A stretch of 64,000 nt of DNA, taken from positions 7,998,940-8,062,939 of the forward strand of contig CAVNZM010000013.1 of assembly GCA_963693365.1 (NCBI GenBank). Reading direction: 5' to 3'. How positions within the stretch are numbered: the stretch's first letter is position 1; every line of letters starts with the position of its first letter. The notes under the pieces were generated by a model. That model made no database searches. It had not been told where the DNA came from and saw only the letters and a program-made list of their open reading frames with translations. A program made the position numbers and the translations under genes. This document shows positions 38,267-50,257 of this stretch, piece by piece. The DNA is from Amoebidium appalachense (Eukaryota > Protista > Ichthyosporea).

Positions 38267-41200
38267 TGTAACTTAGAGGTTTCTCTGTGAGACTTTATTA
38301 TTTGCTGACTTGCATTGACTGGCCCACCGGGACCTTTATATACTTGTGGTCTGGCTCACTGGAATGTTACATACTATTCCCGATTGGTCTACCCGCCGCT
38401 ATGGATCTAGTCGCTACCAATCAGAACACTCCAACAGAATCTTCTAGACTCCTCTAGATCTATCCTGATCTATCGTGAACCTATCCACCAGTTTATCCCG
38501 AATATCTCGAATATTCCCGATCACTAGTGCTACGCTAACGCAGGGCATACCGGATGGCTATCCTGTTCGACACCCCCACTTGCACTGTGTTCTATCTATC
38601 TACCGCATGCAACCTAAACCTAAGATGCAACTCTAAAACTATGCTACTATACTAACACATATAACACCTACTACACGAACATTAACACTACACTAATTGT
38701 AGTTCTTACTCAGCCATGCCGATGGCCTGCCGATGCTGCACTAACTTAAGTCTCCCTAAAGCTTTGGTGCACATGTCGGCCACGTTACTGTTCGTGCTGC
38801 AATACACAAGTTCTACATCCCCATTCTCCACACACTCACGGGTGTAGTGGTACTGAACGTCGATGTGTTTGATGCTGGCCTGGAGATTGCTTCTTCCAGT
38901 GTCACAGGGTCATCCTCATTGCTATCAGCACTCTCAATTGCCATGCTGATACTGTCGCGGTACTCTACTACACCTGCGTTGATGCCGTAGGTCCCACCGC
39001 GCCTTGTAGTCATAGACGGATAGGCACTTCTGGTTGCAACCTGCAACTCTGCACTATCTTCCTCGTCTCCTGACCCTGCCGCGTCCGAATCGCCGCTGTC
39101 CTCGCCCGCGCCGTCGCCGATAGCATCTGAATCATATCCACTGTCAGTGCCGATTGCAGGCTTCCGAAAGGAATGTTGCTTCTTGACGCTGATTGGATTC
39201 CTCGATTCCATGCTCTGCTGATTTCCGATTGGCTTATGCATCAGCAATTCCATTGGCTCATCTTGCACCACCGGAATACCGGCCTTTGGGGTGCATGATT
39301 CATCGATCACCACATCTCGCCCGACGATAGTCTTGCGCGCCTCGGTGTCCCACAACAAGTACGTCTTGCTGTCACCTGTGTAGCCGACGAATTTACACTC
39401 CCGACTCTTGGCGTCTAGCTTCCTGCGCTCGTCCTTCGGCACATGGACAAATGCCTTGCTACCAAATACACGTAGATGGCTAACATCGGGCTTCTCTCCA
39501 TACCATGCCTCCCAAGGTGTCATGCCACCCAGTACTGTGGTTGGCGTCAGGTTCTTGATGTACACAGCTGCCTGTACTGCCAGCTGCCAGAACCCCATAC
39601 TCATGCCTGCTGACTGCAGCATGCAGCGCGCCGTCTCGACAATGGTCCTGTTAGCCCTCTCTGCTACACCATTCTGCTCTGGTGTGTAAGGGACTGTCGC
39701 CTCATGTTCAATGCCGCACGCTTCCAGGAACGACTTGAACTCAGTGGAGGTGTACTCACCCCCGTTGTCGGAACGCAGAATCTTGATGCTGGCACCGTGT
39801 TGCTTCTCTACGTGTGCCTTGTACTTCTTGAAGTAAGTATGCACTTGGGATTTATGTTTCATGAAGTACACCGTAGTGAACCTTGTCTTGTCGTCGATGA
39901 AGGTGACATAATACTTGGAACCTTGCAGCGACTCCTTGTTGAACGGTCCTGCCACATCAGAATGAACTCTGTCGAGCTTCGCTGGCGCTGTCTTGCGGGG
40001 TAGCTTACTGAAAGAGAGCCGGGCTTGCTTCCCTCTCGCGCATCCCTCGCACACACCGTCATCCTGGGTTTTGCAGTCGATGCACAGACCCTCGACGATG
40101 TTTTCTTTAACCATCTTCTGTAGCGTGTTTATTGCCACATGACCAAACCGCCGGTGCCATAAACTGGCGCTGCCCTTTACCGGCTCACACACGGTGTTAC
40201 CCCCACTGCTGCCGACTGCAGTGGTCACCATGTTCACGCTCTCACATACGGGTTTCACTAGGAGACGATACAGGCCTCCCTCCACTACCCCACGGGCCAC
40301 AACTTGGCCATCTGTGGCACTCTCAATCGTACACTGTCGACCGTCGGTGATGCCTCTTAACCCGTGCTTGCCGGCGCTTGAAGCCGACATCACGTTAGTT
40401 CCAAATGCTGGCACGTACAGCACATTCTGCAGTCTAAATGTCATGCTGTTGCCCTGGAACTCACTTGTTAATCTTACGACGCCTATTCCTAGCGCCATCA
40501 CACCCGGGGTGTTACCCAGAGCGACGGGTTTGGGTGTGATCGACCGGAAGTCTTCCATCCAGTCCTTTCGGCATGTGACATGGGAGGTTGCGCCGCAGTC
40601 CCAATACCACTCAGTTGAAGAAGGGAGTCCGCTGTTTACCGCCATGGCGAGTATCTCCTTGGAAGCTCCGTTCTGCTTCGCCTTGTCGCCGCGATTGCCG
40701 CCCTTCTTCTTCTTTGGACACTGTGACTTGTAGTGCCCAAACTTGTGACATTTGTAACACTCCACCTTGGATATGTCAGTCACGCGCGGCTTGCCGGTGT
40801 CCTGTCGTGGCGTACCGCCGCGCCATTGGGTGCTGGTCATCATCACCCGCTGCTGTTCCCTTGCAGCCTCGTTCTCCTCAAAACCACGCAGCTTGGCGAT
40901 TATCTTTTCCATTGTCTTCTCAGCTGCTGGTAAAGCTTGAATGGTCCTAACGTCGGTGCGGAATCGGTCGTCAGCGCCTACACCGTCCAGGAATTTCTCG
41001 GCAACCATGTCCTCACTAACTCCATTGGGATCGATATGAAGAAGATCCTGTACAATGCACTCCAGGCGGGCCGCATACTCCAGCACGCTTTCCGTCGGCA
41101 TCATATCAGCACGCCAGAACTGTTGAATCAACATTCTCTTGTGCTCATCTGTGTTGCGCGCAGCGTATGATGCTACCGTATCCCATATGTCCTTGGGATT

Positions 41201-41835
41201 TCCTACGGCAATAGCTCGCCGACACAGGCTTGCAGGTACATCACCTAGTGTCTCCACCAGGTAGGAAGTCGCCTTCTTCTGATCCAAGGGGTCGATCTCC
41301 ACCGGAGGTTGCTCCACCGGTTCGCCGTCCTCTCCTATCACTTCAGGAGCCACGTCTTCAATCGTGTACCATAATTCCTCGCCCTCGAGGAAGCACTTCA
41401 TGCGCATGGCCCACATTGAGTAGGAGATTTTGCCCTTGCCTTCTCCTTCATACATGGGAACTGGACATTTTGCTCTTCCCATCTTGTCTCAACAGTCGCT
41501 TGATCGTAGCGTTGTACTGGGTCCGTAACCGTAACTTAGAGGTTTCTCTGTGAGACTTTATTATTTGCTGACTTGCATTGACTGGCCCACCGGGACCTTT
41601 ATATACTTGTGGTCTGGCTCACTGGAATGTTACATACTATTCCCGATTGGTCTACCCGCCGCTATGGATCTAGTCGCTACCAATCAGAACACTCCAACAG
41701 AATCTTCTAGACTCCTCTAGATCTATCCTGATCTATCGTGAACCTATCCACCAGTTTATCCCGAATATCTCGAATATTCCCGATCACTAGTGCTACGCTA
41801 ACGCAGGGCATACCGGATGGCTATCCTGTTCGACA
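38267..41835 (-). mobile_element. Ty1/Copia LTR retrotransposon, internally deleted (RT missing)
   Basis: ~305-bp LTRs at 38267-38572 and 41531-41835 look identical apart from the missing terminal base. TSD GTATG on both sides, PPT at 38573-38583, and PBS GGTTACGGACCCAG at 41530-41517, similar to the copia half-tRNAiMet PBS GGTTATGGGCCCAG. Confidence 0.97.
38813..41482 (-). CDS. Copia Gag-protease-integrase polyprotein (889 aa), RT deleted
   Basis: Zinc knuckle CYKCHKFGHYKSQC, protease WYWDCGATSH, pre-integrase LWHRRFGH..CEGC, and rve motifs VHSDV / LRSDNGGEY / PEQNGVAER. The RNase H tail KHIDVQYHYTRE...ADMCTKAL is in another frame at ~38870-38707. Confidence 0.95.
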   Translation of the reverse strand: MGRAKCPVPMYEGEGKGKISYSMWAMRMKCFLEGEELWYTIEDVAPEVIGEDGEPVEQPPVEIDPLDQKKATSYLVETLGDVPASLCRRAIAVGNPKDIWDTVASYAARNTDEHKRMLIQQFWRADMMPTESVLEYAARLECIVQDLLHIDPNGVSEDMVAEKFLDGVGADDRFRTDVRTIQALPAAEKTMEKIIAKLRGFEENEAAREQQRVMMTSTQWRGGTPRQDTGKPRVTDISKVECYKCHKFGHYKSQCPKKKKGGNRGDKAKQNGASKEILAMAVNSGLPSSTEWYWDCGATSHVTCRKDWMEDFRSITPKPVALGNTPGVMALGIGVVRLTSEFQGNSMTFRLQNVLYVPAFGTNVMSASSAGKHGLRGITDGRQCTIESATDGQVVARGVVEGGLYRLLVKPVCESVNMVTTAVGSSGGNTVCEPVKGSASLWHRRFGHVAINTLQKMVKENIVEGLCIDCKTQDDGVCEGCARGKQARLSFSKLPRKTAPAKLDRVHSDVAGPFNKESLQGSKYYVTFIDDKTRFTTVYFMKHKSQVHTYFKKYKAHVEKQHGASIKILRSDNGGEYTSTEFKSFLEACGIEHEATVPYTPEQNGVAERANRTIVETARCMLQSAGMSMGFWQLAVQAAVYIKNLTPTTVLGGMTPWEAWYGEKPDVSHLRVFGSKAFVHVPKDERRKLDAKSRECKFVGYTGDSKTYLLWDTEARKTIVGRDVVIDESCTPKAGIPVVQDEPMELLMHKPIGNQQSMESRNPISVKKQHSFRKPAIGTDSGYDSDAIGDGAGEDSGDSDAAGSGDEEDSAELQVATRSAYPSMTTRRGGTYGINAGVVEYRDSISMAIESADSNEDDPVTLEEAISRPASNTSTFSTTTPVSVWRMGM

Positions 41836-43086
41836 GTATGATGTGTTCAGTTTATTTTGCAAAACAGGCACCCTTAAAGCCTCGTTGTGTGTACAGACTG
41901 GTTTGAAAGCTAGAGAAGGCCCCAGGGGTGGGCAACGGTGAAAGGAACAGCGAGACCACACCCTGGTGCACTGCATGTGCGTTGCGTCAGCTTGTTCGTC
42001 TGCATATACGTCTAAGTTGGACATTGTGTTCATAGAAGCTAGTTCTAGTGCACGTTCAAGTTGTTCCTTCTGTAAGTCAGAAATGATTGCATCTTGTGAG
42101 GCCAACCTCTGCTCCAGTAGTTGGACTAGTTGCTGCAACTGTAAGTTGTCAGACATAGTGTCGTGTATGATGGGTAACTAGTCTATGTTTTTTGTGCACT
42201 GAATACGACAGCAGAAAAGTGTAAATCAAACGTTCTGCTTCCCATGTTTGTGACATGGGAGGCACTCTGCTTTATATAGTCGTTGGCCACCTCATGGTGG
42301 CCTCGTGTGCACCCTTTGGTGGTGGGCCATGTACAGCATGGCCGAAAAGAGAGCACAATGAAAACAAGTCGTTAAAGATATAAAAGTTAACTGTGCACGT
42401 TGAGTGGCTAGTTATAACTTGCACTAAAGCACACAAATAAACGTGTTTAACACACCAATTGCAGTTAAACGTAAATCTTACTTCACACAACTAAAAATAT
42501 TCTGAGAATATCCGGGAATAAAGCACACTACCACTCTAAGAATAGAATCCTGTGGCAAATATAGACATGACATCATCTGAACCGGGAATATTAATTAATG
42601 AGCACAATTAGCACGTTGCTAGTGAAGCTTGTCATTGGTACAGTTTTGGCTCAAACATATAACTACCATATATGAATATGACCGTAAACAAAAGCTCTAT
42701 GCACTCGAGTGAGTGTTGAAACAATTATTCAATTGCTCAGAAACTTTCTCTAACAGACATTGCTAGCCGGGAGTACCAGTGTACTCCAACAGTCTATGCA
42801 ACACGCATCCCAAATAAAAATGCATTTTGAATTCAGAATGAAATGCAAGATGATACTCTAGGCTACATTCACGTGTCTAAGTCGTCGGAAACGTGCTTTA
42901 TGAACCTCAGCGCTTATATATACTGGGGTAGCCATGTGCCAGGCTTGCTGGGGATGCTCGAATGTTCCAGAAACAAGCTAAAAATAGCTACCAATAAACG
43001 CTCGATCAGCGATGACGCGAAAAATGTCCCAAATTCGAGCGGTTTACAGTATATTACCGCTTTGTTCAAACAATGTCGCCGCTTTA

Positions 43087-44044
43087 GGGCCTGTTTGGCA
43101 ACCCGGGTTTAGGGTCCTAAATCCGGATTACGGGCGATTTTGGGTTTAGCGCTAAATCCAAATCTCAAAATCCAGCCGCTGCCAAACAGACGGCCAGATC
43201 CGGTCACGTAAATCTGGGTTTCAAACCCCTCGGACATGGCCGTAATCTGGATTCCACTAATCCACCTCGGGAGGTGGATTAGCGCGAAATCCTTTCAGGT
43301 CCTGAATGTCCGACCCAATGAATGTTCATTTTATGGAACTATATATGGTGTCCTTTTGCACCAATCGTCGATAGTTTGAAGTGGCCAAAAAAGGATTGTT
43401 GAAAGGGCGCCAAACCAAACTTCCGTTGCTGGCAGCATGTGGATACTGAGTGGGCTGCGACAGCTGTGCCTTGAACTGCGACACCTGCACCAACGCACGG
43501 ACTTGCACATGGGGAACGTCATAAAAACAGACACGCACCTCACTTCTCATTCTTTTCCTACCCTCTGCGGCCGTGTTCCAGCCCGAGTCTTCCAGTAGCA
43601 CAGTACACTTGTAGATAATCTTGTTTGAACCGACAAGATGCCAGCGGGGAAGTACGACAGGGCTCTTTGAGCTCTGGGCTATAGGTCAAGGCTGCAATCG
43701 CAGCCAAAACGGCTATGTTCCGGGCTGCATACATGGTGAGTGTCTCAAATAAAACCGTATACAACTCAGCACTTTCTTGGTTTATTACTGCTTATCACTA
43801 TGGTGTATATGTGTAGCGGGTCTGCAATTGCAAGTCACCGACCGGTGATGAACAGCGTGACAGCTGCAGAGCAAATCTAACCCGAAATCGTACGTGGGCT
43901 GTTTGGCATCCATGGGTTATCTACCCGGCTTAACCCAGGTTTCGGCTGAGATCCGGATTCTGCAGCATAATCTGGATCTCGATTTTGATATCCAGATATC
44001 CCCCGAAATCCAGATTACACTAACCCGCGTTGCCAAACAGGCCC
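43087..44044. mobile_element. PIF/Harbinger non-autonomous derivative (958 bp)
   Basis: TIR GGGCCTGTTTGGCAAC / GTTGCCAAACAGGCCC with a 3-bp TSD TTA (43084-43086 and 44045-44047). Many subterminal aatcc/ggatt repeats. Confidence 0.9.
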
Positions 44045-45639
44045 TTAGTACAACAATATGAAAGCTTGTAGTAACCATTAGCAAATTCTACTACTAGTAG
44101 AAATGGACACCCAAAAAAAATTGCGCGCCGAGAGTCTGTGTAATTTAGAACTTACATCCCGTAGGCTACGTGACGTTTAACATTAACAAGCGCTAGCATT
44201 TATAATGGACGTATTTATCAGATTGATACAATCATTATAAAATTGTTTAGAAAATGAATCTGGCCACAACTTCTACCGACTACACACATAGTTGGCCATG
44301 GAGTGTTTTTATAATTTTCTCGTTTAGTTCATTTCCTGACATTGTTGTAGGAGACGTGCGTCGCCGCTTGGCGGCCGGGGGAGTAGGCTGCTGGTCCCGC
44401 TGGCTCGGTGATTTGACCAATCAGCGATCAAATTAATTTTTTATATTGACTTTATTGAAATGCACATCAAAAAGAAACATTCGAGATATCACAGATATCT
44501 CAGAGAAGAAAATACAAAAAACTTACTCTCGGATACTGAGGAGACTAAAGAGTGCAGTCAGCGACACGAAGCCGGTCGCCAATCACGGGAGGCGCGATTC
44601 AACAGGTTCTGCGTGACCTTAATCCAATAAGAGTCTCTTTAACTTAGAAGTTTTACATTCTTTTGCATTAACCAAAAAAGCTAAACATTGAACCAATGGA
44701 AATGCCTTTACATAAAGGGGCAGCACGATCATGTGGCTTGAGCGAACTTTCGGGAGTATAATTTAGGTGCTCAGAATTCAACACAATTATACACAAAAGA
44801 TGATATAAAGAGCTATAATTTTTGATTATTGGTGGGTGCTGTTGCAATGTGTCCGAGGGAGACTCTATATGCATTTTCTTTCTTCAAATGTCTGGCGGGT
44901 GTGACGCCTCGAAAGCTGATCTGAGTTCAGGTGCCCTATGTTTGCGGCGTCACCTGAGTCTTTCTAATTAATTCGAGCGGCTGATCTGCGATTAAGAGGC
45001 AAACTTTAAATCGTATTGAATTCCTGCAATTGTCGACGCTTTCATGTCGCAGACTGTAAGATAATTATATACCCAAATTGAGCTACTTGTAGTCTATAAA
45101 AAGGTCCTTTTACTCATCAATCTAGCGAACACTGGGGCTACTATAGGATGCATGAGCCTGTCCGGATCGGTGCCCGTATGTCATTGGACGCCCAGACACC
45201 GATTGCTCAAGGGGGAACGATATCAATACGAGCTCACACACGTGACATATGCAACACTGAGGGTACACTGTACCGGATTCTCTAAGTTTCTTGTTCTTGC
45301 GCAAGCTTCTTGTTCTTGCGTATCATGTCTTAACTGGGTTTTTTTTATGCTTAAAACTCAATGCATTCTTCCCAATCTCCTTCAGTGACAGGTTTCCTGT
45401 CAGGGAGATTGGGTTTATTTAGAAAAATCACAGGGCTGTTCAGTGACCTTTGCAAAAAATAAAAGATCGCAGGATTCGAATTGAGTTTCGTGGAATGTAT
45501 GCATAACTAGCAGACTTCGCTAATTTAAGAACAAAAGAGATATACCAAGAGAATATACTATCTTGATTTTATCCAGTTCTGAACCACACAAAAACCTTAG
45601 CGGCTGGATATAACAGCCGGCATATTTGAAGTCTAGAGA

Positions 45640-46750
45640 CGCTATTTGGACCGGAATGCTGGCACACTGATAGTGCTCATAGTGCTCACGCGGTGAGCAC
45701 GCCCACGGCCCTGTTCAAAGGGCTGCGTGCGCCGCATTGTACAGTTCAACAAGTTGTATGAAACTCCGTGGCACATGCAGCACGCCCGAGCCATGCCGGA
45801 CTGCCAGCGCCCGCGGGCCAGCTCTCCACTGAACTTTGTGGGCCAGCCTCGGAACAACAAGGACAGAAATATGTAGGCCTACTCGGAGTTGAAACATCGT
45901 GTTGGCAGTGATGTTTTTCAGTTCAGATTAGCTTGATCAGTATAAGAAGCTGCTTGAAGAAACATCCAATCCTTGTCCATGCATATGCAGCGACGCGTGA
46001 GTGCGTGGACGTCAGTGGACTCACTGGGCCGGGCGTGGACTCTGACTCAGAGTTCTTGTAGGCCGAAGTAACGGGCTTACTAATAGCGTAAGTGCACACT
46101 TCAAAGCTTAACGGCGACACTGATAGTCGACCATTGAGTCTCAGGGGATTTCTTCGTTATTTTGCTGCCTTGAGGTATGCATCAGGGCCAATAGCCTCAG
46201 TGGGAGCCGGCGCAACCGTTGCCAAGGACTGAGCCAGGCGTAGTTCGACCAGACTAGAAGCCTAGCTCCAGTTCGTAGACGAGTGGCAGCCGGGCCTCCC
46301 AAGTGAGAGCCTGAGGGCTTTGAACGCCGTTGGTTCCGAAGGGCCTTCTCAGCCAGGCTGCCTGAGACTAAGAACAAGACAAAGTGACTGTCATGGGCCA
46401 ACTATGATAACAAGCTGAAGCCGTGTGGATAAGGAGGAATGGGTCGTGCGACGGTCCATGTCGTCGAAGTTCAAAGGAATTTAGACGAACTGAACTGCCA
46501 CATGTCCACAGTGATTCGGCCACCAGTTTCTTTTACTCAAGTTGTAGCGGCTGCCCAATTGAACGCTTAAGCTACCAGTGATATCATCTCGACTCGGAGA
46601 CTGACATAACTCAATTGTGTTCGGAGGCTTTCTGGGCAGGAGCGCTGTCGAGGTTTGGGCATTGCCCAGCTGCAAAGCCATAGCACTACCTTTAATACTA
46701 TTAGAGTAGGCCCGGCCGGGGAGCCTCACAGCACGCTGTCAGGTACGTCA
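45640..46750 (-). mobile_element. Possible highly decayed LINE 3' region
   Basis: Fragments MFQLRVGLHI and ELARGRWQSGMARACCMCH resemble the LINE C-terminal pattern FRxGxH..GRW..RxCxxC. Broken across frames. Confidence 0.35.
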
Positions 46751-47802
46751 TAAGTACTACATAGAGCCTGTCAGTAAGTTCGAAAGGTTGTGCGTGACCT
46801 TGAAGGGCTTGGATTTACTGTGCAGATTTTTTCGTTCAAGGGAAAAGTTATTCGCTAGGCAGCATGTTAGGAAGCGGAGTGTCTACTGGGCCACGGTTGT
46901 TTTGAAAGCTATCAATCACTCGGGGAGGTGAAAGTGGCGTGGTGCAGGTAGTTGCCTACTTGCTGCGTTGAAATGTCAGTGGAAAGCTTTGTTTCTCACA
47001 AGACTTAGTCTAATAACCTCTGCCTATCATAATTATCGTGCCCGTTTTTGAAGGTCCGACGACTTCTTTCTAGAAGCATAAGCCTACAGACAACGGTAGT
47101 GACTTCCTAATTGACTGTTTGAGTAGTTTGCAGGCCTTTGCTGCTAACGGTTTTGATAAAATAGCATTTTAGTTTTATGTTGTGCTCTCTCACCCCCCCC
47201 CCCCCCCCCCTCAATGGGTGATACCATATTTCCGGCTGACATCCGGGGGCATAGCTTTCCGTTCGAAGACGATAAAGTTCCGCCCTAGTAAGCGTGTTAC
47301 TACCCTGCGGCGTGGGTCAAATCTCATATTTTCCCCTCTGATTACGAATTCTGTGGCCTTCGGGACTTAATTCTTTTCAGCTGGTGTAGTATGTTAGCCA
47401 GGGAAGTATCGACTTAGGTATCGACGGGGGAGCTTCCTAGAAGCCCCGTCTCCTGAGTTCCTATCTATATTTTTCTTGCTTCTGCTTACTGCTGCAACTT
47501 TAACCCCCGGCCTTTCCCACTGCCCTTGCCTGCATAAGCAACCCTGCTCGTCTCTGATCAAGACGGGTGACCTACTCATGTTCAAGTGAAACAGTATCTG
47601 AGTTGGGTTTCGTTAACGAGGGGAATAGGTCGAAACTCGGGTACTGTGGATGACGTGGGCCCCCCCTGAGGATGGGCTCTGCTTATTATGCATACTCTTT
47701 ATGTATGGCTTGCATTCTGCATCGTGTTATCCGTTTGTTCTTGTGTACTTCGTACTTTTTGACGCATTCAAAACCCCCCCTCCCCCCCCCCTCCCTCCCA
47801 GC

Positions 47803-48227
47803 ATGGACGTGGTGGTGACGCTGTTTCCCAACGACGGGCTGCTGGACCCGATCAATGCACGGTCCCAGCGCATAAACACAGCCCTGCCCTTGCAGGCCGT
47901 GGCTAATTTCTGTCACGAGGTAATTTTCCTTTTTTTTGGGGGGGGGGGGGGGGGGGGGGGGGGCACAAGGTGGTTGGGGGGGGGGGGGGAGGGGGGGGGG
48001 GGGGGGCCCTTGCCCTCCCCCCGCCCTTCTCGCTCCCCCCCCCCCCCCTTCCTCTCCCTCCCCCCCCCCCCCCCCCCTTCCCTTCCCTCCCCTGCCCCCC
48101 CTCTCTCCACCCCCTCCTCCCCCCCCCCCTCCCCCCCCTCGCCCCTTCCCCCTATGGGAAACTGCTTCCCCTGGGCCCCCCCTCCCCCGGCTCCTTACCA
48201 CTTCGTTTTCGTTCTAATACTTCTCAA

Positions 48228-48259
<32 letters not shown>

Positions 48260-48291
48260 GCCTTCCCCCCGCTCCCCTCCTCCCCCATCTC

Positions 48292-48325
<34 letters not shown>

Positions 48326-50006
48326 CCCTCCATCCTCTTAAACACCCCCTCCCCCCCCCCCCCCCCCCCCCCCAACCACCACCACCATCACCACCATCAA
48401 CACACACACACGCACACACAAAAAAAAAGGGTTGGTGGTGGTGGTGGTGGTGTGTGTGTGTGGGGGGGGGGGGGATGCCCTCGTCTCCTGCTCAAAACCC
48501 CATTTCTATTTCACCTTATGGGCTGCATTCTCTCGCTTTCCAAGGCCCCTGTTGTGTTGCAACCCTTGGCTGTGTTCTGAGGTGCACGTGGGGCCTGGAT
48601 GCACGCTGATACGTTATGACTCTCACCCAAGTCACCCTTTTGAAATCTGTTACTGACTCCCACCCACCATTTGCAGGTGTGCAATGGCTTTTGCGAAACC
48701 CCCGCGAGATTGTTTTTTCTGGAGGGTTCAGAGGTCCAGAACCCGCGATCTCTGAGGCACGGCGATGTTGTGGTTGTGTCCAGCGGAGAGCCATTTTGTG
48801 AAATCAATTATTCGGTGAAAGTGGCTCCCGATTTTCAGGTGTGTGGGGTTACATGCCATGTGATTAATGTATGTACGTGAAGGCATTGCAGGCTGAACAT
48901 GTGCAAACTGGTGGCTACCACTCACATGTGTTGGGGTGAGAGGGAGGGAGGGGTGTGGGAGGGGGGGAGGGGGAGGGGCACCAACCGTTGAAGGCCACAG
49001 AAAACAGTTAGTGGGTCGGTGCAGGTGTGTGTGCAGACTGAGAGCAGTCAGATGTGGTAGTGGGAAGGGAAGCGGGGACAGAGGAGAGGAAGCTGCGCTG
49101 AGAGAGGAGGGGAGGGGGCGGGCGGGTGGGTGGGTGGGTGGGTGGGTGGGCGGGTGGGTGGGTGTAGGGGGGGGGGGGGGGGGGGGAGGGGGGGAGGGGG
49201 GGGGGGGGGGGGGGTGTTCACTGGCTGGCAGGTGCGCGGTGTTTTGAGCACCCTGCAGATGGTGGTTCAGTCACCGAGTTGGCGGATGGTTGACAAGGGG
49301 GGGCGGGGGGGGGTAGCAATGAGTAGCATGATTGCTCAAGGCAAAAATTGTGTGTGGATGATGGGGGAGGGGGGGGGGGGGGGGGGGGAGGAGGGGGGAC
49401 ATGTGTGTTTGTATATTTCGTGGGGAGGGAAGCAGATGGAATACATGTTGGTGTGTGTTCCTGTGGGCCGGGGGGACAGAAAGAGGAGGCAGGGGGGTGA
49501 CCTATCGGGGTTATGCAGGGAAATGCAAGGCTTGAAAATCGCATTCGGGAGGCTGAGCTCAGTGTCCAGCGCCCACACACACGGGTCGGTGTACAACCCC
49601 CCCCCCCCCCCCTCCCCCTTGCCCGGCCCTGCCCTGCCTCCGAGAGTCTCCTCCACCTCCTCCTCCTTTCCCTTTCTCTCTACTGGGCAGTTTGCTGTCT
49701 CACACGGCAACACTCCCGTTTCTATCCCCCCCCCCCCCCCCCTCTATCGATACTGTGTCTTTCCCGCATGGCTTACAATGCACAGACCCCTGTTTCTCTG
49801 TATTTGAGTATTGTTGCTCTCCCTCAGGACACACCAGCCATAGTCATTTAGAACCCGCAATCGGTTCAAACATACACCCACCCACCTACACACACACGTA
49901 CATACACACTCATGTGTACATCATGGAATGGATGTGCTCATGCATCAGCACATTCACCTTCCCATTCAAGCACGAAAAAACACACCGACAGCACACACAT
50001 GCGTGC

Positions 50007-50084
<78 letters not shown>

Positions 50085-50186
50085 GCACATGCATGCATCA
50101 ACACACAGGCACGCGTTTGTCACACACAGGCACTCGCACACGCAGTCACACAGACACACATACATACACATATGCACGCACACGCA

Positions 50187-50257
<71 letters not shown>

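Larger units (their letters stand above)
38094..42156 (-). pseudogene. Second ORF of the pogo element (162 aa when restored; N-terminal coiled coil), interrupted by the Copia
   Basis: 42156-41836 joined to 38261-38094 stays open (…KLNTSY|NLLPDSVTK…VGMG*). A minus-strand CTATATAAA lies at 42271-42279. Confidence 0.5.
20170..43049 (+). mobile_element. pogo/Fot1-like (Tc1/mariner superfamily) DNA transposon, ~4.55 kb after removing two nested inserts
   Basis: 24-bp TIRs CAGTAAACCGCTCGAATTTGGGAC (20170) and GTCCCAAATTCGAGCGGTTTACAG (43026-43049), with one mismatch. TA flanks both ends, and transposase remnants lie inside. Confidence 0.9.

Noticed and set aside
47650-48609. 319-aa proline-rich formin/extensin-like ORF
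   Set aside because: The poly-Pro comes from intronic poly-C; only 47803-47919 is bounded by splice signals.
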